A stretch of 63,714 bases of DNA, the filler included, from Catajapyx aquilonaris (Eukaryota): assembly GCA_000934665.2 (NCBI GenBank). It is 2 parts of 2 records of this genome, joined end to end, with 100 filler letters (N's around TTAATTAATTAA, not from the genome) between each part and the next. Parts side by side here need not be neighbours in the genome. Positions count along the whole stretch, not along the records: positions 1 to 31,754 come from JYFJ02004491.1; positions 31,855 to 63,714 come from JYFJ02004492.1. One strand, given 5' to 3'. A program made the position numbers and the translations under genes. Below, in pieces: positions 23,610-35,800 of the stretch (within the stretch, counting starts at the first letter, position 1; each line of letters opens with the position of its first letter). Under the pieces are notes generated by a model that worked only from the letters and a program-made list of their open reading frames with translations, did no database searches and had not been told where the DNA came from.

Positions 23610-23840
23610 AGCTGGAGACACTAGCTTACCGTTGGCCATGTTCCGGACGCGGAGGATGTCAAAGACTGCGTCGATGGCATCCTCTTTGTCGTCATAGTCT
23701 TCTTCCAACACCTCATCAGGCAGCTGCGAAATACGCCTGATGCTGACGACCAGCCCCGTGCCACTCATAATTGTCAGTGTGGCCATGATGATCTAAAAAG
23801 AAGGAGGGTTGAGGGAGGGGGTCAGATATGCTGCACATGC
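23610..23840 (-). pseudogene. ORF 'X' N-terminal fragment
   Basis: ATLTIMSGTG..LRVRNMANGKLVSP. Confidence 0.75.
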
Positions 23841-25163
23841 AGGCAATGGTCATGGAATGTGAGGGGCGAAAGGAAAGGATGCACTGGAACACTGTCTCAT
23901 TACTATGTCATTACAATAATGAGTTAGTTTTACTGGGGGTTAGTAACACATATTACACCAATGTTTTGGTTTATTTTATATTCAGAGGAAATCTGTAACA
24001 CACTCTAGATGTTACAATATTATTGTCCAATTGTCCACTTGTTGACACGTGTGTGAAGTTTGGATCCAAAATGGACTCCCAAGTCACGAGTTGTAACATC
24101 CAAACCTCTGCAAGTCATTTTCGAGTTGTAACGTAGGCAAGGTTACCTGCCGTGTCTCCACTTGAAAGCGGCGGGTTAGGTAACTGTCTAGTCGACCAAT
24201 GAGTTGAGATCATAGACCTTTCTCCCATACATAATCATGGTATTTATTTGACCCTTTTAAACCCCATTACAATGACTTATTAACTAATAGCATGACCCAA
24301 AAACGGACTGACAACACTTAAAACATGACCCTTCAACAATGCCAACCGGCTGGGCTCTGCAGGACTACACCCATGACCACCCTGCCCATCCGTCAGTAAC
24401 TCACGGCCATGTTGTCGCTGTTCCTTCCGTCTCTGAGGTCGTTCCTTCCCTCTAAATCAGGCTGAACTTCAGGAGATGGTCACTGTAGCTTCGCGACTTC
24501 TTCCAGACGTCCTGGCTGAATGGCTGGTTGACTTCTTGGCTACTTCTGGTATGAAGGTGGCCTAGTTGTACGTCCAGTCACTCCCACTCTGCGTCCGGAT
24601 ACTTTGGCTGTCCAAAATATAGTTCTCTTCTCCTTCTTGGGGCTTTGTCGTCTTCCCCTTTTATATCCAACCAGGCTGGCCGGTTATCAGCGGTCAGCCT
24701 TGGTCATGACGTCCAAAAATTCCATAATTTCCAAAGTTTAGCGGTAGTTTAGATTCCATTGTTAATCCGCCCCTCGCCGCACAATGGTCCTTGATAGTCT
24801 TGTATCATCTTCTGTCATTTGTTTGTTTTTGGGTAGATTTTATTTTCCTTTTTTCTCAAGAATCCTTTTTTTCTCGTATATTCTACCTGAATATTTATTA
24901 TATCTCTGTTTTTTTTCTCATATACATAATCCCAAAAACAATTTTCTTCTTCATTTCTTTTTTTCTCATAGGCCTAGTTGGCCCGATACATTGCATAACC
25001 AAAAAAATCATATATATTTGACTTCCCTTACTTTTTTCCATACATAAGCTAAATCAGAAACAAAATTTGAGAGAGAAAAAAATCTTTTTGGTTTTTTTCT
25101 TTTTCCATTGACTTCATAACTTCGTCCGCACACTGAGTCACTGATCTTCACCTTGGGGCGTCA

Positions 25164-25740
25164 CTAGTACTCAGCAGCACGACCGTTGCCCGGGCCCACC
25201 ATCAAGGGTGTCAGGTGCCTGTGACTCGGACAAGCGGTCATGTTGCAGAAGGTGGCGAAGCCGTAGAACTCTTCCAAGCTGGTAAATGTCCCATCCAGAT
25301 GCTTCCGGATATGGGCCCTCCAACCTGGATTGTTCCGTGCTACGTGATGATCATATAGCTCCCAGAAAAATGGTTCCATGTCCACAGGTTCCGGCCAGGC
25401 CTCGTCATCGTCATCGTCCCAATCCTGGGCTAGAGGCGGAGGACCAAAGGCCTCCTCCCGTTCCTCACTGCCCTCTGGTTCTTCCCGGATCGGTCTCGGC
25501 GCTACCTCTTCCTCCGTCCGAGTCACCTCTTCCTCCGTCCGAGTCACCTCTTCCTCCGTCCGAGTCACCTCTCCTTTCTTCTTTCTTATGGCCCAGAAGA
25601 GAGCAAGTCCGGCCAAAACCACCAGCGAACCCCCCATCAGGAGTCCTTTTTCGACTGCCCGAGTCCGAGAGGGCCACGTCCTGCTTCGCCGGAGTCTGGT
25701 CTGGAGTTGTTCCTGGCTTCTGATGACCTATCTTCTATGA
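25164..25740 (-). CDS. Family 'T' member with a 21-bp tandem repeat (EEEVTRT x3)
   Basis: TM, acidic linker, W..H...H..F.SLEEF..F..FC....CP..R..GPG. Confidence 0.7.
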
Positions 25741-26140
25741 CGTCGTTATCCTCCTCCGTTCCTTCATAGTACATAACAACCCCTTATATGGTATAAAAAT
25801 GTTCCCCTTGTTGTCCATGCACTGCTTATCTGGGCTGGATGTCTCAAATTACTGCAAGCTGGCAATGCCACGTACAGTTCCCGCAAAAAAAAAAATCACA
25901 TCCCATTCCCAAGGATTTTTTTTCTTCTTAGTCAATTTGTTTTGATCCCCAATGTACTAGTCCACCAAGCTGCCATTGTTTTTCTGCTCAGGCGGCTGGT
26001 GCTCAATCCCGAAGCTCTACCCACACGTACGAAGAAATTATCTTTTGTACACTCACAAAAAAAATCACTTGCTCACTCAGTACTTCTAGTTCGTCCGTAT
26101 CCAGTGGTTCTTCTTTTCCTCGTGTCAGGTATCTCCTACT

Positions 26141-26800
26141 TCAGTTATTCAGTCTGTAATCTATTTGGTGACGTCCACCTTCCTGGCACGAGGCTTCACG
26201 GGCTGCTCGGTGACAGTGTCCGTCGGTATTGGAACGGACCTGGAGCGAGAAGGGATCGGATTCAGGGGTATGGCTTCTTCGGGTATGTTTACTAAGGTCT
26301 CCATTTTCTCCAGGATTTTGTGTTGTCCCCTGTACCAGCGGTAGGCGAAGATGATGACCCCCCAGCAGAGCAAAATGGGCCAGGATCATCCCCTCCATCA
26401 CTAGGATGATAAACGTTGTACTATGGTTTGTGGCAGGTGTTGTTGCTTGGTCCGCTGCTTTTTTTATTCTGTCTCGTAGCAACTTCAACGGTAGTCCGAG
26501 GTCTTGTGACGGCTCGAATTCTGCAAGCTGCTTCCCCAGTATGGCGGCCGTCTTCTCCAAGTCATGGATAATCTTGGTCATCTCTTTGGAGGTCCCTGGC
26601 TTCAGTATGGGGTGATATTGAGGCGGCTCCAGCAACGTGTTCAACTGTGGTTCACTGGAGACATGGCTGTGGCCGGTAAAAGTTGCAGGTAAATGTATTC
26701 CTGCTGCATAGGCGGCACACAAAGCTGGCAGCTTTATCACTCCTACTCCTTTTAGTTCTTTTTCAAATGAGTCCATCCCGTTTGGACTCTTGAGTGTTCG
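26141..26800 (-). pseudogene. ORF 'X' C-terminal half plus overlapping small TM ORF
   Basis: Homology to 12575-13200. Confidence 0.7.
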
Positions 26801-27066
26801 GGCACCGAATTGACATCGGCGTCAGTTTTGGGACAGAAAACAACCACTCGCCTCTTTTGATTCGATAAAAAATTGGGTTGTGTGTTTGATAATTTTTGCA
26901 TCACATAAATCATCATCTACTGGTAAACGTTTTAGGGTGTTGTATGCACAATTTTGAATGGGGGAGCTTTTTATCGGTCCACTAGGTTTGCAAATTCGTT
27001 TAGGGTTTAATGTACAGTGAGACAGATCTTCCTCTGTCATTTCCAAAAAGTAAATCTGATTTGTAG

Positions 27067-29449
27067 TGTGACCTCATTAGGGAACACACATGAAAAAACG
27101 TGGGATCAGTCGAGACAGTTTTAATAGCCAGAAAAAGGGAACAGGGTATAACGGATGAACACAAGCGCCCACCCGGGCTGATCAGTACAATCCCCGCAAC
27201 GGGGAGAGACCAAAAAGCCTTGATACAAATACAAGAGCGGTTTATATAGATCGGGGTATGGGAAGTGCATGATGGGATATCCCCGTCTCTACTAGTCAGA
27301 CGTCAGGCTAAAATGCACTTGGGTAGGAAAATGGGTATGCGTACATCAAGGAGAAATGGGATCGGAACGACAGACTATAATGTGCCCAAGGACAACAGTG
27401 TATAATGGGCATATGTAACAGAATTCTTGACGGACATACAATACAGATAGAGAAGTTACTCAACCGGGATTTAGGCATGACACCTGTTCCTCAAAGTAAA
27501 AGGGTCACACACCTCCGCCGTGAGAACTCTCCCCGGGTTTCATCTGACTGAGGTTTCAATTTTCTTACGATAATGGGGATGGCATTTATACAGGTGAAAA
27601 AGGGTGAGAGGGGTGAAATTGTTCTTTACCAATGTTGGTCCATTAAACTTTGACATGCGCGTGAAACACCACTGTACTCTTCAGCCAAATGTCATGAAAA
27701 TTAAACACATAAAACGGACTTGGCCTCATTCTCAATCAACACGAGAAACAACATTAAAAAAAACCGTGACACACAACATCTGGTGCACAACACCGTAGTT
27801 CGATGTGGTACTGGGTGGCTATTCACTCACTCGTGCACATGTCAGGGAAGTCCAAAAAAATGCAGGAGTCGTCCTCTTTGTGGTCACTGGCGTCATCTAT
27901 GGAAATCCGCTGACGGTACCATCAGAGCTGTTCAGTTCGACCAGCCGTCGGGATGGTTCTCGGCGCCGGCGGCGTCGTCGTGCCCCTCCACTATGGGTCA
28001 AGGTCCATGATGGGTTCAACACCACCGGGATGATCGGCGTCTCAAAGTATTCACGAGGTGATTGGTCGGTCTCCGGGGCACATCCCAGCAGACACCGTCG
28101 GTGAAGGTCAATTTGACAATGGTATTCAGTCAAAAGGTCGTTACCGATGATAACCGGGGTTATGGATGACCGGATTACGTAGAACGGATGGTGAAGCAAG
28201 GAAGTCCCAATTAATACCGGGAGTATCACCTCTTCACGAGGTGGGATGCAACGTCCATCATACATCACCAAAAAAGCTCCTGGGGTTGGCCTTGAAGGGG
28301 GCCGATCGATACCAGTCAGCACTGCCAAAGCGCCTGCCGCTATGGTTGAAGCTCCTGTGGCTCCTAACAGTAGTGCTTTCCACTCCCGGCCGTATATGGT
28401 GATGACAATGGAGGAGGCGGGACATTCACGGACGCCCTCGGTCAAAAGGGACTGGCTGGTGGCCATCTGGTCGGTAGTCACTCTGATGATCCACTTGGCG
28501 ATGGGATGGTTGTCGTACTCCAACTCCACCTTGCAAACGAATAGACGCCAGGTCCCTCCACATGAGGGTTAAATAAGGGGTGGTAGATATCCCAACATGC
28601 ATTAGATCAACTCTGCTTTAACCTTGTGACGACACGGGTTCAAACCGCATGTCAAAAAAGGCAATCTAAAGGGAGATGCATCTCCCCATTGCACCAAGGT
28701 ATCCATGTAACGAATACACAGTAGGGCATACCCCCACCGTGTGTGGGGGTGGCCCCAAAACGTGATTAGCTCGTATACAGGGCAGAACGACGGGACACAA
28801 AAAAAGGGACCCCCTCCAGGAATTTTCCAAGGGGTACAAATGTCCGTGTTGACCTTTACAAATATGCATTTAAAATTGGGAATCACGTCATCCTCCTTCA
28901 CCACGCACAAAAGAGGCATGTGTGGACTGGGACCGTCCCGTAGGGAACGAGGGTCATGTCCTTCTGGCACTGTAAGACTATTTTGGATCCCACTTCTGAC
29001 ACCATTTGTGTGACCTCATTAGGGAACACATGAAAAAACGTGGGATCAGTCGAGACAGTTTTAATAGCCAGAAAAAGGGAACAGGGTATAACGGATGAAC
29101 GCAAGCGCCCACCCGGGCTGATCAGTACAATCCCCGCAACGGGGAGAGACCAAAAAGCCTTGATACAAATACAAGAGAGGTTTATATAGATCGGGGTATG
29201 GGAAGTGCATGATGGGATATCCTCGTCTCCACTAGTCAGACGTCAGGCTAAAATGCACTTGGGTAGGAAAATGGGTATGCGTACATCAAGGAGAAATGGG
29301 GTCGGAACGACAGACTATAATGTGCCCAAGGACAACAGTGTATAATGGGCATATGTAACAGAATTCTTGACAGACATACAATACAGATAGAGAAGTTACT
29401 CAACCGGGATTTATGCATGACACCTGTTCCTCAAAGTAAAAGGGTCACA
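27067..29449 (-). mobile_element. Intact non-autonomous LTR element carrying a degenerate retropepsin ORF
   Basis: LTRs at 27067-27509 and 29009-29449 (~98% identical by eye); TSD GTAG; Leu PBS 28987-29004. Confidence 0.95.
27897..28529 (-). CDS. Retropepsin-like ORF lacking the catalytic Asp
   Basis: ITIYGREWKALLLGATGASTI..HPFYVI..PVIIGNDLL..HCQID. Confidence 0.7.
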   Translation of the reverse strand: MELEYDNHPIAKWIIRVTTDQMATSQSLLTEGVRECPASSIVITIYGREWKALLLGATGASTIAAGALAVLTGIDRPPSRPTPGAFLVMYDGRCIPPREEVILPVLIGTSLLHHPFYVIRSSITPVIIGNDLLTEYHCQIDLHRRCLLGCAPETDQSPREYFETPIIPVVLNPSWTLTHSGGARRRRRRREPSRRLVELNSSDGTVSGFP

Positions 29450-30491
29450 GTAGTAAGTGCCAAGTACGGATATTTTGGTGTAACCACAAATGCAGTCTCT
29501 GAATTGTTAATGGGGGTCGGCCAAGACAATACCTTGTATAACTCAAAATATTGCGTAGAATCTCGCAACGGAATGTCTATTAATAATCTAGTGGCTCCAG
29601 GAATGGCCACTGCTATCAATTTTCCAAACTGATAATAGTCATACAAAGTAGATTTGTCTAATGGCACCACAAAGGACAATTGACTTGGAAGTTTCTTAAT
29701 GAGCTGTATCAAAATTGCATTTAGTTGTGATGGTGGCAAAATGTATGTGGGTATTGACCCCTGGCTCATAACATCTATGGAGTGCAATATTTTGTTGTAC
29801 AAATCGTTTATGACTCCTAAATTAACTTCGAAAGCCCTAAACAATGTGTCCGTGTTTACAATGGCTAAAATTTGGGTTCCCATCTCACTGAATTGTTTAC
29901 TAACTGTTTGTACTAACTGTAAGTCTTTCATATCTGTTGTCAAGGTGTAAGTAATATTTCTGAGTGAGTTTAATGCTAATTCATTTTCTTTGGTCCTCCC
30001 TGCAATCTGTTCAATTATTGTGGCTTGCTCATCGAAAATGTGGAAAGTTCCTTTTTGAGTCGACACCAAGTGATCTATGCGCTTGTTAATATCCTTCTGA
30101 GTAGAGAGGCCAAACAAAAACCCTAGTGTTGCTCCCACAAACGTTAATATTTTTAACCCTCTTTTCTTCCATTGCTGTAATGGCAATGTGAAAGTGTCCT
30201 TTAATTCGCTGAATCTACATCTGAGACCACGTGTTTCATTCATTAGGCGTGACAACTCTGTCTCTTTCAAATAATAGATCTCAACTCCTGTGACCCCAAG
30301 CTTAGCCAAAAATTCATTCCATTTTTCAAAGAAATTATTGGTAGTTTTGAAAACTTTTGTAGCTCTGCCCCTAGCGTACTGATTAGTTCCATATAAGGTT
30401 CAAATTTAAAGTCCATGATTAGGCGCCATTGATTCTCAGAAACCAAGAATCCTTCATCTTGCGGTATGTACATAGACTCTAGCTTCCGGAT

Positions 30492-31390
30492 TCAATCTCG
30501 GTGCAGGTGCACGATTAGTGGTTGGGTTTCCAGTAACAGGTGGGGCCCCTCTTTGGTGAACTTAGGCTGTGAAGGCCCCCGCTCATCTACCCACGCATCC
30601 TCATAGAAAACCTGAGGCATCTCCTCTTCCTCCAAGTCCTCACCTGAATCCTCAATGTGTTTATTTCCGGAGTCGGCAGGTGAGTCCCACTCAACCTGCC
30701 CTTGTACCGGGTCAGACACAGGTTCCTTCTCCGGATAGGGTGCTCTAGGGTAATACTTTCTCAACCTGTCAACATGTACTACCTGAGTTTTCTTACCATT
30801 TAGCTGCTTGATTTCAAAATTAACTGGGGTTGTCTGTTTAATAATACGGTGTACTTCCTTCCAATGCTTATCCAGCTTTGGTGACCCCCCTGGCTTAGTT
30901 AAGGGATGGTACAACAATAGTAAATCCCCTACTTTCAAATTCTTCTGCTTAATTATCTTGTCATGATATTTCTTCTGACTGGCAAAAGCTTCAGCTATAT
31001 GTTCTCTAGCTGATTTGTACGCATTCTGTAGCCGTAACAACAGCTCTTCCTTGTAATTTTCTCATACCGCGTAATTGATTCTAGTAGTTCCTAGAAACGT
31101 ATCAAACGGCAGTTCAGGGTCACGGCCAAACAATAGGAAAAAGGGTGTCTCCAGAGTTGAGGCGTGCACTGCTGTGTTGTAAGCCATGGCGACCAACTTC
31201 AGTTGTTCGTCCCCAGTTCTCTGGTCCTCGTCGATGTAATGGCTAATGGGAAATCATTTTCACCAAATTTCCGTTAAATCCCACTTGTCCATTTGCGGCT
31301 GCGTAGTATGCAGAAATCTGGCAATAATTTGCTAATGTCCTTGAGTAACTGTGAAGTTCGATCCATGATCGGTGATAAACGTCCTTGGCA
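30492..31390 (-). pseudogene. Ty3/Gypsy integrase core + C-terminus
   Basis: ITDHGSNF, AYNTAVHAST..TPF..FGRDP, QKKYHD..VGDL..KL..HW..VVHVDRLRKY. Confidence 0.9.
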
Positions 31391-31754
31391 CGTGTAGTTA
31401 TTTTTAATGTTTGGATTTAAAACTTGAGGACACGCACTGTGATTCAGAAGTAGGTAGACGTTATTAATTAGGCATTTGAAATGCAGTAGGCCTACGTGAC
31501 ATAAATAGACGAATTATTCAGTGCAAGCAGTGAAAGTGCTTACAATTTTACAAACGATTACATTTAAAATGCACAAACTTTAAAAAGTTGCAAAATATAA
31601 ACAGTACAACTGTACTGTGTCAGAGTTACGGCGACCCGACCATAAAGGCCCCGCGCCACTGTACTAGTGTAATGTCAGTAACAATATAAAAAATAACTGT
31701 GTGTTAAATGAGATCATGATCCATCCATCAAGGTGCAAGATTCAATCAGAAAAA

Positions 31755-31854
31755 NNNNNNNNNNNNNNNNNNNNNNNNNNNNNNNNNNNNNNNNNNNNTT
31801 AATTAATTAANNNNNNNNNNNNNNNNNNNNNNNNNNNNNNNNNNNNNNNNNNNN
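31755..31854. other. Scaffold gap with artificial TTAATTAATTAA spacer
   Basis: N runs flanking a 12-mer; 100 bp in total. Confidence 0.95.
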
Positions 31855-32030
31855 ATCAGCACCCCCCCTCCTCCCCACCGATGAAAATTCGAGCACGTGT
31901 CATAAGGTCGCGGGAGGAAAGCTGTCGAAGGCACTCGCCCAAATCACCTGCACCTGGCACACTGATTGGCGGGAGAAAAAGTCGCGGACGATTCCATAAC
32001 AGTCCGACAATCTTTTTGACCGTGATAGTA

Positions 32031-32742
32031 CAGTCTAATCCCTCTATAACGAAATTGAAGGCAACCAAATTTTCTTCCGTTATATGCAAATTTTGTTATA
32101 TTTAAAATACGCGTTTAAACCTCACTTTTTTAAATATTTAGGTGTTATATTAAGCACTGGTAGCAGGAAAAATAGTAAAAAAATTCTTCCATGCTAAATT
32201 AGATTATCTCACAAAGCACGGCATAAACTCTTCCTCTTTGGTGCCATCTGCCATGCCGAAAACTGCTTCTGAGTGAAGTTTGCAGGAGTCGGACACTGAC
32301 TGAACAAACACCAGAGGACTGCACTAGATGCAGGCCAGGCCCTTCTCCTTTTCCGCTCCCGCCCTCATCCCACCTTTTAGGCGTCTGGGAATTCCATTCC
32401 AGATGTGATTGGTTTAGCTGCTCATGAATTTTCCGAGGTTCTCCCAGAGAATCCTTTCCCTTCCATTAGGACCCCAGATTATCAACTTTTGGATGGAATG
32501 TGTTGAAGAGGTTGAATCCCTAACACACAGATGGTGATTTATGGCCCAATTTGCCAACTTCCGCCCTTTATCGGCCGAGAGGTGGGACAAGAGGAGCGAA
32601 GTTTTTCGTTATATGTGAACCGAAACCGATAATCCTTTCGTTAAAAGCGGATATGTTTAACATGGGTTTATATATGGGGTCTCTGATGGTCATAAATTTT
32701 TTTTCGTTATAAGTGGATTTTCGTTATAAAGGGATTCGACTG
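32031..32742. mobile_element. pogo/Tigger-like MITE
   Basis: TA TSD; TIR CAGTC.AATCCCT.TATAACGAAA. Confidence 0.85.
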
Positions 32743-32813
32743 TAGTTGCAATTAGCTTTCACTGGACATGTGATCTATTGTTTTTTTTCTCTCTCTCTCC
32801 CTCTCTCTGTCAG

Positions 32814-35800
32814 TTGGAAGAGTGGGAGAAGCAGCACCTTTTGCTCATGAATTTTGTGCATACCAAAGCAGAACCACATATATGCTACTTGCCCAAGACA
32901 CACAACGATGTGTCAATGCACCGCTTGGATGCTTCGCGTAAGGTTGTATCAGGTGAGGGATGCTGATAAGTTGAATTATTGGTCATGCACAAGAGATATG
33001 GCTGAATTTATTTGATACTACCTGGTTCCAAAAGGAAGTACCTTTGGTCATTAAATAATTAAAGGTCTGAACTCATATCGACTTAGGGGGCGACACGGTG
33101 GCCGAGTGGTTAGCGCCGCAGCCTTCCACCTCTAAGGTCCCGAGTTCGATCCCCAGGTCAGACGGAGGATACTTAATGTGGATAGAGTTTCGATGGGTTC
33201 TCTCCGTGTTCGCGTGGGTTTTCCCGGGGTTCTCCCGTTTCCTCCCGCAATCAAAATCCATCACATTACAGGCAAATGATTAAAGTCGGGTATTCAAAAG
33301 ATGATCCCCTAAGAGGCCCAAGGGGCTTATCACGGGGTATCCATTATTATTATTATTATTATTATAACTCATATCGACTTGAAACTACGACTTGTACGTG
33401 CGTGGAGGCCTCTTGTTGACATTGGTTGACCGTGGTTGCCATTCACCGCACACAACTGTTGGCCTCCTTGTGCGTTTGGCTTCGATCTGCTCCAGGTCGA
33501 TCGATATGCAACAATATTCGATGCAATACCATTGCTACGCGTTGTGGGTTCTTGTTGACACTCGCCATGCGCATCTGTTGGCGCCTTGTGCGCGCGTCTC
33601 CGATCTATTCCAGGTAGATCCTACGTGCAAGCACATGCCACAAGTACGACCGGTAACCAATCACAGTCCTCGTGTGTGGTCACGTGGGTCTCCCCTGCTT
33701 GCCACGTCCACTGCCCCCTTCTTTTGGCACCCCTGCCAATTGACCACTTTCAAGTTTCCCACCAGTATAGAGGCGAAATCTGGCGGGCTGTCAAAGAGCG
33801 ACGAAATGCTATCATCCACTGGAGTCTTGTATTGCCTGCCCATTGTGGATGGGGCCTGGTCGTCAGCATCTGGTGGTCTGACCAAGAGGCTGCTGATCAT
33901 CTTTCACGGAAAAGCCAACAGTAGGCATATTACAAAGTTGCGTTTTCCTTGCCTTCCTCCTTCTTTGTATAATAATATGTTTATTAAGTTCTGACCACTT
34001 CCACCAACGAATAAAAATTCCCCTAAAAAGGCCTCATTTTCACTTCCCTCCAAAATATCGGGCGCGCCCCCTGACCACGGTAGTCTTTCGCAATATGGCT
34101 GAAACTTGATATGCAGCGTTATGTCATAGTTCTGTACTGCCGTGATTTTTTCCTGCGAAATCTGAGATGGTCGAGGAACATTCTTGCGCTCTCTTGATTC
34201 GGAATGGCCCAACTATTTCGAGAAATGTGGTTTTTTGACTGCCCCGAGGTTAAAAATTAAGTTCAGACAAACGGAATGCTCATTATTGTGATTTACGAGT
34301 GACCTAAGGAACATGGTAATAGCGATGAAATTCCATGGACAAGAAGAGTGTTACATGTAGATGTAGTGTCATTACCAAAGAAAGTTTCATTAAACATTTC
34401 AAAAAATAATATACTGAAAACCCAATAGCCAAATAGCAGTCTCTCGTTTTCATCACTCCTCAAAAAATATCGGGCTGGTCTGCCCCATATCCAGACCTCC
34501 ACACCACCAGACCACCACACGTGCTAGAGAAGATCCCATTCACAATGGGCGGGTACGGGCAATAGAGAGCAAGTCGCAATCGACTCAAAATTCGCTCGAG
34601 GGGCAGGCTGCCATGAGGCCGATTGACTTCAGACACACGGAAAGGGAAGGGCAGGTCCCTCCTCACATTTATAAAAAAAATCTCCGGATGATCTGCCCCG
34701 GGGCCAGACCACCAGATGCGGACAAGCAGAGCCCATCCACAATAATGGGCAGGTAATACAAGACTCCAGCGCATGATTGCATTTCGCCGACATTTTGACA
34801 TGATGCCTGATTGCGCCGCTAGAGGTACGAAACTGGAACGTGGTCAATCTCATTGTTGACATTCGATTGTTGGCACTTTTCGATTATCGTTCTGCACGAC
34901 ATACTGCGCATGTGCCCTCGGGGATGGAACTGCACGCGCATGCGCAGCCGGCGCGTCGGGATGGATTCGAACACGCATAAGTTCGACTTTGACGCACAAG
35001 GCGATATGGAAACAGCCCTCTTTCCCAAGCAAACAAGGCCATGGAAACGCACACGCAAAAGTACGACTTTGACGCACAAGTCGTAGTTTCAAGTCGATAG
35101 GAGTTCAGACCTTAAGAACAATTTCCTCCAAAAATTATCATAGTTGCATAATGACAAATATTTTTAGCTACCACTGCACCAAACACTACATTGATGGAAT
35201 AATTTTATGAACAGTGAGACCACATATTGCAAGGCTCTATGGAGCACTCACAGCCAAACCTATGCTGTTGGGTATTGGTCACTTCTTGTGCTGTCACCTG
35301 CCAAAGATTTTATGGTGATGGTGAAACAAATGAACGCTTGGTCTAGATCAGCTGTTCTTAAACTGTCCTAGACCGCGGACCCCCTTCAGAGATCACTCGC
35401 CATCGAGGACCCCCAAGAATTAAGTCAAAGTTTTAGCTCAGAATTATTTGTATTTTGTATTTCTATCATACATGCATATTTCTTTCTAGTGTTTCATCCC
35501 CGATTTTCACCATTTAAGGTCGGGGAAATTACACGGACGTACACATTTCATTTTTATTTTATTTTATTGTAATGTTAATTGTAGCAATTACATTCGATTA
35601 ACCAAAAGTGTATGGAATACATTTACTAGCTTCTCGCAAGGGGTGTTTTTATAACAACTGTAAACAACTGCGTGCGTATTTTTCAGAACCTTTGTGGAAC
35701 ACTGGTAGGGTCTCGCGGACCCCCTGAGAGAGTCCCGCGGACCCCAAGGGGTCCGTGGACCACAGTTTAAGAACCACTGGTCTAGATCATGGTCTGAATA

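Larger units (their letters stand above)
26822..30480 (-). pseudogene. env: Second env (F-like) gene, frameshifted and split by an LTR insertion
   Basis: WKKR cleavage-like site, fusion peptide GLKILTFVGATLGFLFGLST; coding continues across the GTAG TSD. Confidence 0.9.

Noticed and set aside
31799..31810. TTAATTAATTAA island between N runs
   Set aside because: Scaffolding spacer, not biological
33085..33160. tRNA genes at SINE heads (also ~47250-47324, 47630-47706, 49110-49182, 54815-54890)
   Set aside because: They continue into SINE bodies with tails and TSDs
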